From Lepidodermella squamata (taxonomy: Eukaryota; Animalia; Gastrotricha): a DNA stretch of 64,000 nt. Made by a program: the position numbers and the translations under genes. The stretch lies in NCBI GenBank assembly GCA_047495785.1, contig JBLDXI010000025.1, forward strand, positions 1,860,001 to 1,924,000, written 5' to 3'. This document shows positions 55,192-64,000 of the stretch, piece after piece. Every line of letters starts with the position of its first letter. Positions within the stretch are counted from its first letter, which is position 1. The notes under the pieces are model-generated. The model did no database searches, was not told the origin of the DNA, and was given only the letters and a program-made list of their open reading frames with translations.

Positions 55192-56772
55192 GAAGTTAAA
55201 ATTTAAAATTATGTATACTACGTCCCTTTTTTAATGATTCGGTGGAATCCTAGCAACTGTAGGAAATTCCTGTTTTAACTGCGGTTGATGAAAAGGCAGT
55301 GATTTTATACTTTTCGGGAATTTGAATTCTAACATCTTAGCGATGAGAATTAGGTATAATTAAACAGCTACCCTAACTTGATATAGACGTCTCATTGTCA
55401 CGCTTCAATCACTCCGGCTATTTACGCATCGATACAGCAGAAGATAGATATAATTTGATTTTTATGACATTCCCTAAATCGACCCGGTTGATTTTTTTGT
55501 CTACTGACAATAAACTCGGAAGCGAACCTTGCTAATTTGTTACCTATCGCTCACATTACACACCCGTTCAATTAGGGCTATAGATCATTGAGTATCCGAC
55601 TTAAATGCGATATGGCTTTCTAAATAAAAAGCAAGTGCGCACGGCACCGTACCCAGACATTTTGCGATGGCCCGTCATTAATTGCGCTTGTAATATAAAG
55701 GCACCTATATCGATTAGGATCAATTTACAGGACGCAGGTGTCAAATGTCATATGAGATGAAAAAGTGTCAGAATGTCAAGCCATGCGATGCAACTTGTCG
55801 GAATTATTTACCGAAGATGAGAGTCTCTTTTACCGAGGGAAACTCGAAATATTGCCGCTGATATAGCGCTATTATATAGGAAATCTAATTATATTGCCTA
55901 TATATTCGCAATAGACAAGCCGAACAAAATGTCAGACTCATTTATAGCAATATTTTGCGTTTCGACGCTAAATGCGCTAATTAAAAATTTAATTTTCGAA
56001 AAGGGTGTGTCAACCACGTATCCTTAATTTGAGACACTTGCGCTAGATTTCTCCAAAATAGGTTTTTGCCGAGTTTCGCTTCTTCACTAAAACATCAATC
56101 ATTTGTGACTTTTGTAAGTGATTTTCCCAATATCGATTCCAAGTATCGATTAAACAAACCAGTGATTTTTCCAATATCAATAATAAACAATCTTGATGAA
56201 AACAAAAATCGAAAATGCTTCTAAATAGCTTATTTGCAGTTGAAATAGAAAGTCCAAGCCTGGTTCAGAGAGGGCATCGAAGCCCACTTTTGATCTTTGT
56301 TTTTCAAGGTGTTTGCAAAAGCCATCATATCAATTTTCCCGCGCTCGCAAGTGCTTGAATTTCCTTAACTCAACCTTATTTCCTGTTCTCAATTAAGTAA
56401 ATATTATGCCACATTAAGACGTCTGCTTTTTGTAGCTTCCTACCCCGCAAATAGGTGCTATGTAGATTTTTTTAATTTGGAGTAACAGGACACGGCAATG
56501 CTCCAAGAATCAAAAACGCTGCATTATATGTCGAAATGACCTCTGCCGATGGACTTCGAGTTTCTCACAAAAAAGGAAACCAAATAATCTGTTTCACAAA
56601 CACTTTTGGGTGAATGGGTTCGATACAGGTGACATTTTAAATTCCCAGCATGCTTTGATTTCAGTGAGGCTGTTCTTGGTGACTTCGCTGGAATTGACAA
56701 AATCACGATGATTTTTGTCCAAGACACAAGTGCACTATAAATGGCAAAAAGTAACTGCAAAATTTGATGAGA

Positions 56773-57104
56773 CGGGTATATACCTCACTTGCGCATTTAT
56801 TTCGAAATCATTCCAATTTGTTAGTGTTTCGCTGTCGCTGAGCCACCATTATTATGAAAAATTTCAAGAAATGGGTTGGGCTGCCGAAAAACGCAATAGT
56901 AGAACTGTCGAACGAACAAGCACGACAGGTGTGTCGCAAAATGATGCGCAGTACGTGTTTACAATTTTCAATAAAAAAAATTAAAATTATGTGGCTCGGT
57001 GGCTGTGATTTCGAAATGAATGCGCAAGTGATGGAAATTTTATAAAAATTTAATGCGCAAGTGATAAATGCGCAAATGACAAATGCGCAAGTGAGGGTAA
57101 TCCG
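56773..57104. mobile_element. MITE-like element with inverted termini and subterminal AATGCGCAA repeats
   Basis: cgg..tacctcacttgcgcattt is inverted relative to aaatgcgcaagtgagggtaatccg; four aatgcgcaa units lie at the right end. Confidence 0.6.
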
Positions 57105-58471
57105 ATGATACAAATAATTATGCTGCAATTGTGAATGTTTTAGAAAGAAAGGATTGTGCGTGAACTGAAGTCCGATAAGTCCCTTTCGCGTACCTCCTTG
57201 AGTGATTGATTGAATGACCTATAATAGAATTAAACATTCTAACCGTTACCCGAAATAGGCGTCATGGTCACAATTTGATTAGAAAAGCACAATGTGAACT
57301 ATTCGCCGGCGCGGAAAAAGTCCGCAAAGCGATTTTTCTATAGATAAATCGTAAACACGCTTTTTCACATCCTGCGAAATTCTTGCAGCCTTAAAATGTC
57401 CTGTAAAAGATGCCACCTATGCTCGAGAAGGGGTAATCGACCCGTTTCTGCGTATAGGATTTGTAATTTTTGTTGCACAGGTAAAGATGGACATGACAAT
57501 GGTGCCTCGGGTTCAATTCTCTGCGACTGCACTATATTTTAAATGCTCATATTTTCAATTTTAATAGTTTATTCCACCTTTTGGAAGCCTGATGAGCCGA
57601 TTTGAACTAATTTGTAAAGTCGCGCCAAAGCCGGTTAACTAAATCGGAAAAATTCGCACTAAATGGTCGCCGATTATTTTTACGGGAATTTATTTACCGA
57701 AAAGGGAACTCGTAAACCGCGGCGATCCTATATTGGAACCAGGGGCAGGTTTTCCGAACGGTTAAAATCATTTCGGGTAATACGATAAACGATAAGCTAA
57801 ATGGAGACGTAAGTGGCCCTTTCTAACTCATTCAAATGTTAGCATAAAAATTCGAGATTAATGAAAAAATTTAGAGCGAGTAAAAAGTTGAATAATGGTT
57901 CTATGAGCTGGCGATTTAAGAGCAGAAAACGCAATATTTATGATAAATAATAAACCTTGCTAAAATAATATATTCCAAGAATTTCAGACATTACCTTGCG
58001 ATGTGAAATGGTGAAAATATTATTTCTAGAAAGAATAGCCTGATTCGGAGGGGATAACGCCTTTCTGATTGGCACAAGTGACTTCTTCAACTTTTGTCCT
58101 ATAGCTCAGATTTCGCTAAAAATCTGTGGCGCAAAAGCTCTACCCACTCCACCCTACGTTCCACCGCAAGCTCACGCATTTCCTCTGTAATTTCATTCCC
58201 TCATTTTTAGCCCTGACGTTCATCAATTGATAGAAAAAAAAACGAAATATCTCAATTTCAGCATGTCAAAGTCCGCCGGATGAATTGGGCGAGTAAAAAT
58301 TGCGAAAGCGCTTCAACTACGCCTTCATATGACGCAAAAATACGCATTTCAACTTCAACGCCCGATTCGATGGACAAAAACAATTTATTTCGATTTTAAT
58401 AATTTTGTTTAAAACAAATTTCGACGAAACAATCCGCGATAAAATTGTCAGAGTGAGATAGAATTTTTTGA

Positions 58472-60999
58472 TCAGCTAGACGGATTTATAGTAGCAGCCA
58501 GCGCCGGGGCTCGCCATTCGGGCTTCAGCTCGATCAGCAGTTGCTTCAGCGCCGCCGTGATCGGAATCCGCGACGCTTCTCGCATTTGAATCATCCGCTT
58601 CAACTCCTGGTGGTCCATCAACAGGCCGAACCCGTCGTACAGCTTCAACCCGGTTGATTTATCTTCAGTATGCGGGATCACGCCGTCCGCGTTCAAATCG
58701 TCGTAGTGAATAGCGACCAGCCAACCGCGTTGAACGGTCATTTGGTCGGATTTCGCGACGTCGTACGTCACCCAGCCGGCTTCGCCTGTTGTTGTGATGG
58801 TGTTGAAGCCCATCCACGTGCCCTGGTCGGTGACGTTGTCGTAGCGAATGACGTCGATGTAGACGACCTTGCCCGGTGTTGGGTTGTAGTCGATAAATTT
58901 CCATTGCGTAACGACTCCCGTGCATGGAAACTAAGAAAATTAAAATATTTTCGAAATATATACTGGGCGAGCTATAATAAAAAAATTCGCAAATTTTAAG
59001 GACGAAAACACGGTTATCTCAGAAAGTATCTATTCAATTGAAAAAGGACCTTTTTGCGGAATATTTAATCTAATATTTCGAGGATTCATGAACCATGAAC
59101 CAGCCTGAAGCCTCAGAATTCGCTTTTGAAATCGCAGAAAATTGATCAATTCGCATTTTTTCAGAGTTGCAGAAAAAAATTAAAAGCATTTTCATGAGAA
59201 AAACTTTTTCATCAGAAAACCTAAAATAATCGACATGAAATTTGCCTCATTGAAATTCAAACTTTTTCGATCATCTCTACCAAGCCCAGGAACCTAACAA
59301 CTCAGTTCTATTTATTCGGCCCTTTGCTCCAATTAACTCCAAAATCATTCATATTTTGAGAAACCATTGAGTTGGCGGAGTTCAAAGTGACGTAAAAAAG
59401 GTTCAATACTGACTTCGAACGGATTTTTCTGTCTCAAAAATATTCCTAACACAAATAACCCTTTGCCGAATCAACATCAACTTCGGAATCACTAGATATC
59501 CGCGGTCGCCAAGTCTTTCTTGAAGTTCCCTCATTTGCTACAAATTTGAAACTTGGTTCCGAGTGTCGGATAATTAAAGTCACATTTTAGGATGTCGGAT
59601 AAAATACGACATATGTCTGATAATAGAAGACATACCTATGTCTGATGAAAAAAGTCACACCCATTTTCACGTTCAAATTAAAATTTTTGGAAATTTCCTG
59701 AATATATTTTGAAAATACTAGAGGGTTGGAATTAGCCTGCGATCCACGCCCAGCGCCGCGACTATTTGCACCCGCAATAAACATTTTCGGGGCGACATTT
59801 GCGCTCTTTAATCCGAGGTTTAGAATGCTTTGTAATTTATTTTTGGTGACCGTTGAGTTCAGGGAGCAAGTTGACATAAAACGATAATATTTATGAATTT
59901 CGCCTCAAGTGTCTAGAAATAGGCCAAAAGTTTATTAGAGTGTCGGGGCACAAATTTCGAAGTTCGAAAATGTCCGCTCGCAATCAGTCTATGTATATCG
60001 TAAGGTCTATTGCGGTTTCTGCAATTATTTAAGTGTCAAAGCGAATGATTTAATTATTTATTTCAATTAACTTCATCACAAAAAAACAGCCAGCAATATT
60101 TAAAATTTAATTTGGTTAAATTTAAGCACCTTTCGAGCCGGCATTATCAAGTCTTTTTTGGATTTGTTTTTTTTGGATTGACCCACCCACACGATCTTTT
60201 GGAGATGGCGTCTATTTTTGGTAAAATTCTCGAAAATACATTTATAAATAATTTCAATTTCTATCTAAAGTAGAGTCGTCATATGAAAATAACGTTTGAA
60301 ATTTTCAACCAACCCACAATTCTATTGTAAAACAATTTGTCGCTATAGGTCTGTGACGTACCCGTGGTTTTAAATATCAGAATTTCCGCTTCAAAAATCG
60401 TAGGCTTTCTACATCCTTCTCAATGGAATATTTTAGACCCAAGTGCGGCCGAGATCAAGTTATGAGTGGAATCTTCAGGGTTAAATTTGAATTTTTTCAA
60501 GGTTTAAACTGCGAAGAGTAAAATTATCTTTTACCGTCATCGAGAGATAGAGCTGAATTTCAGTCGAAACTTCGGTGAACAGCGTCGGATCAGGTTCGTT
60601 GCAGAAGCCGAACGAGCACGTGTTGCAAGGCATTTTCGGCCTCGAACTTGATTTCCTAACCTCAATCGACCCATTCTTCTCATCCTTCAACTCGGGCGGT
60701 ACTGAACTCGGCACTGAGTGATGAATAGCCATGCGGCTCTCTTCGGTATTCGTCGGCGCTGAAATCGGGTGAGAAACGGCCTTCACCGGGTGGGAAATGT
60801 GTTTAGAAGTCGTGTCGTGGCCGGCGGCTCCTCGAATTCGCATGTACATTCGGAAAATATCGGCGCCAGTTCGGAAAAAGTAGCCGCACGAGAACCCAAC
60901 GGCAAATAGGCATACGTAGAAGACAATTGGAGAAGCGCAAAATCGGCGAATTTTACTCGGCGGGCGTGCAGAGCCGGGCACTGGCGAGTATTTCGTCAT
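58472..60999 (-). CDS. Uncharacterised type II membrane protein with a C-terminal beta-rich extracellular domain (exons 60999-60535, 58930-58472)
   Basis: Short basic N-tail, TM (IVFYVCLFAVGFSCGYFF), Ser/Pro stem, phase-0 intron, then FPCTGVVTQW..VYIDVIR..GFN..DQMTVQRG..AIHY..GVIP. Confidence 0.75.
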
Positions 61000-61214
61000 T
61001 TTTTCAATCAAGACAAAAACAAGAAGAAAAATCAGCAGTGGGCAATGTGAGCAGGTATTGTGTTGTTTTCAGCGACAGTCGATCGCTCTTCCACTATCAA
61101 CAATAAAATGTTCTATAGAAAAATATCAAAATATTGATAAGTTAATTAGACAAAAGTTGTAATTTCGATCTGGACCTCTCCAGAAAGCTCAGATCGGAGA
61201 TCCATGTTTTTGAA

Positions 61215-61337
61215 GCACATTATCAGGCCCGCCTACGTTACGGCTCTGCGCGCGCTCCTATTGGTCAATGGCGCGCGAAATGGCCGGCCAGTAGGAACGC
61301 GCGCAGAGCCGTAACGTAGGCGGGCCTGATAATGTGC
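61215..61337. repeat. 123-bp GC-rich palindrome with perfect 40-bp arms (foldback/MITE-like)
   Basis: 61215-61254 is the exact reverse complement of 61298-61337; 8 of the next 10 positions also pair. Confidence 0.9.
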
Positions 61338-62430
61338 GTTTTTGTAGGCCAAACCCCGATTTTCTTGAAAATTTATAAGGGTAACTGAAGGCACTATCTA
61401 CTTAACTGGAGTTGAAGAAAGCCAGTTTTATATAATTACTATAATTAATAATTATTTTGCCGAAGGCAGCCTTTTCAAAAGGGTAGCTAAAAGGATCACA
61501 ATTTCCCAAAATTTTCGCGAGCGTTTCTTTTGTTGATCGTTGATCGATAATTCTGCCCTCGCTGGAACTAAACAATTTTTTAAGCTCCCACGTAACTATG
61601 TGGAAATACTTTTTCAAAATGTTCGGATACTGGAAAAATCACTGATTTGTAAAATCAATACTTGGAATCGATAATCGATATCGGCTTCACATGCTGAGGT
61701 ATGCAGTAGTAATATTAATCGATCAGTTCATGATCATAAAAATTCTAGGAAAGGCGTGGAACTCGAATATAGGGAACTCCCGTGCTGAGAATTCAAATTT
61801 CAAAATTACTCAAAATGTTTAAAATTTTCATTTAAAATCAAAATTTTATAAAATACCTAATTCTGAGATTAAGCGCCCGCTCATCATTTTGAGAATACAG
61901 CGTAATCATGACTCATTTTCAACACATTTTTAAATCCCTCTCGCATTTGGGACTGAATTTTGAATTTTGGCACAGCCACGCATAAAGCAGGAGAATTATT
62001 TCGCAAAAAAAATCAATCTCAATTGAATTCCAATATTCGAACGTGGGTGAAAAAACAGAAATATTTCGTATTTCTTCAGATAACTGACGGGAAAAAATAT
62101 CATATTTTTAGAATAAAACTTCCATTCCTAAACAAATTAAAATTCGATAATTTTAATCAATAAATTAACACTAATTTTTCAGCAGATTTCGGGAGGCTTG
62201 CTAAGCCGATTTTTTTGGCTTGTGTAAGTGAAGTTGAAGGGGCTGACATTTTGACGTATAAAACGGAAAAAATCAGCTTGTCTTAGCCGTCGCTGAGCCG
62301 ATAATTGCGCACTTTCCCACTCGCTATTTAAACCCGCGAAAAATATTCCGCCACTAAAAGCTTTTTTATTCACAAAATTATTTTATTATTACCCCCCACA
62401 ATCTATCAATCAAAAATATTTTCTACAAAA

Positions 62431-62883
62431 ATGTCCATGAAACTTGCGTTTATCAGCTTTTTCCTCCTAGCCGTTTCTTGCGGCTACCTGAACGCCGATG
62501 AAGAGATCAAGCGTGCAATGAGCAAGCCTGTCCTTAAATCGTGGACTCGAGGCCAGAAGTACGGCCCTGGGCTGCACATCGTCGCGCGGCAGCGTCGCCA
62601 CATCGACCCCGAAGACTGGGTTGAAGCTGATGAAGATGATGAGTCGGTTGCCAAGCGCCGCGTCCCAGCCGCCCTTCAATTCGCCGCCAAGTACGCCAAT
62701 GAGAAGCGAGATGGCTACGATGATGATGCGTTCTTCTTCAAGACGAAACGCGCCTTCCCAGGCCTGATGGCGGCTTCGAGGGCTCGCAACAACGGCGGCG
62801 GGTATCGCTTCAAGCCAACCAGCTACAACAGCCTCTATCCATCATCGTCGTTCGAGCAGGATGAAGATGATGAAATGATGTGA
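62431..62883 (+). CDS. Neuropeptide/prohormone precursor of unrecognised family, intronless CDS
   Basis: Signal peptide, five basic cleavage sites (KR, RQRR, KRR, KR, KR), acidic spacers, downstream AATAAA. Confidence 0.8.
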   Translation: MSMKLAFISFFLLAVSCGYLNADEEIKRAMSKPVLKSWTRGQKYGPGLHIVARQRRHIDPEDWVEADEDDESVAKRRVPAALQFAAKYANEKRDGYDDDAFFFKTKRAFPGLMAASRARNNGGGYRFKPTSYNSLYPSSSFEQDEDDEMM

Positions 62884-63075
62884 TCATGAAAAACTGGTTA
62901 AAAATTATTTTAAAACTTGATTATATATAGTAGGATTTGCCAGCCTGTTTCTTACTCCCAGTGTTCTGTGAAAGTGTTAATAAACAAAATAAAACGTTGA
63001 GGTAGGACGCAGGGTGGATCATTTATTTGCTTGGCTTGACCGACTTAATTTCGCGCCTCTCATTCAGCTTATATT

Positions 63076-63919
63076 AGTGGCTTTTACACTGGCTTTTTTG
63101 ACTCCGTTTAAAACAGGGTAAGTAACGTCAACCGGTTTTCAACCGATGGTGTGAACACCTAAAAAACATAGGTCAGTTAAGTTTTTTTAACGCAACCCGG
63201 ATGACGTTGCTTAACGTGTTAAAAATCACGTTTATAACGTCAACCAGTTCGAAACAGGTTGCATAAAATAGCGGTGTGAACACTATTTAACGTCAACGCG
63301 TTGAAATTTACCATTCCCGCTCAAGTCACCATTCGTTTGATGCCGCGATAAAATTTACCTGGACGCCGAAAATTCGTATAAAAATAGGATATTAACTCAG
63401 CTGAACTGTCTTCATTTTATGACACCAAAATCCTCGCCGTACTATAAGCGTGGAATTTCTGGATAAATTATGCTTCGCAAATTTTTAGCCAATTTTTATG
63501 ATTGAAATTTTTATATGCAATATGCATGGGAAATTGCTGTGAATAATTTACAATCCAACTAGCTACCACAGCGCGCAAAGTTTCGCTTCGCGAAATTCTT
63601 GTAATAGCGAAAAATTAAAAATAATGTCAGCTTTCTAAAATTATTCAGAATTTTAAAAAAAAATGATGAAATTTGTTCTTGAACCGTAGGTAATACTAAC
63701 AGGTATAAATTTGGCATGATATCCTAATTATCAAAGCTAGGTAAACTTTTTCAATCCTTACATATTTCTCTTTAACGTAGATCTAAGCAACCGATATAAC
63801 CTTGCGTGTAAACGACGACAGTTTGCAACAGCTATTACGCAACAAGCCATGTCGTTAATTAGGTTTAAACCGTCAACGCGTTGAAGTTGTTTGGGAAAAA
63901 AGCCAGTGTAAAAGCCACT
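63076..63919. mobile_element. PIF/Harbinger-like non-autonomous element
   Basis: Perfect 24-bp TIRs AGTGGCTTTTACACTGGCTTTTTT, ATT duplicated on both flanks, internal ggtgtgaacac and taacgtcaac repeats. Confidence 0.8.
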
Positions 63920-64000
63920 ATTATTGATGTGAGGCGTTGTAACAGCAGACACGTGCTCGCAATATGCTTCATGTTGCAAATTTAAACTCTATGACAGAAT

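Noticed and set aside
57500-57525. GGTTCAATTC B-box suggesting a tRNA
   Set aside because: No A-box or cloverleaf could be built.
57585-57615. CTGATGA hammerhead-ribozyme core (also at 24469 and 59642)
   Set aside because: The required stems and a correctly placed GAAA could not be assembled.

Overview
Gene-dense, AT-rich, intron-containing genomic DNA from an invertebrate animal (standard genetic code, many ~50-nt introns, one internal (TTAGGG)4 tract). The species cannot be determined from this window. Gene models were rebuilt by hand from splice sites and reading phase; family assignments come from recognised motifs, not database searches. Left to right: an NPDC1/CAB-1-like gene with two alternative N-termini, SSNA1, brainiac-type GT31 glycosyltransferase, a divergent Hippo/MST kinase, and NALCN. 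NALCN has a pair of apparently mutually exclusive domain-II pore exons (EEEE vs EKEE filter) and an antisense GABA-B-like receptor nested in its largest intron. Next are RPGR (intronless CDS), PGS1 abutting DAXX (76-bp gap), chitin synthase flanked by two paralogous unrecognised secreted disulfide-loop peptide genes, a type II membrane protein, and an unrecognised neuropeptide precursor. LINE, MULE and MITE remnants are scattered through introns and intergenic DNA. Best leads: (1) the peptide-gene pair; (2) an RNA stem able to mask the donor of the NALCN 'E' pore exon; (3) splice acceptors just upstream of most start codons plus very tight gene spacing, suggesting SL trans-splicing and operons; (4) a CGCGCCTCTC motif recurring near neural/secretory genes.
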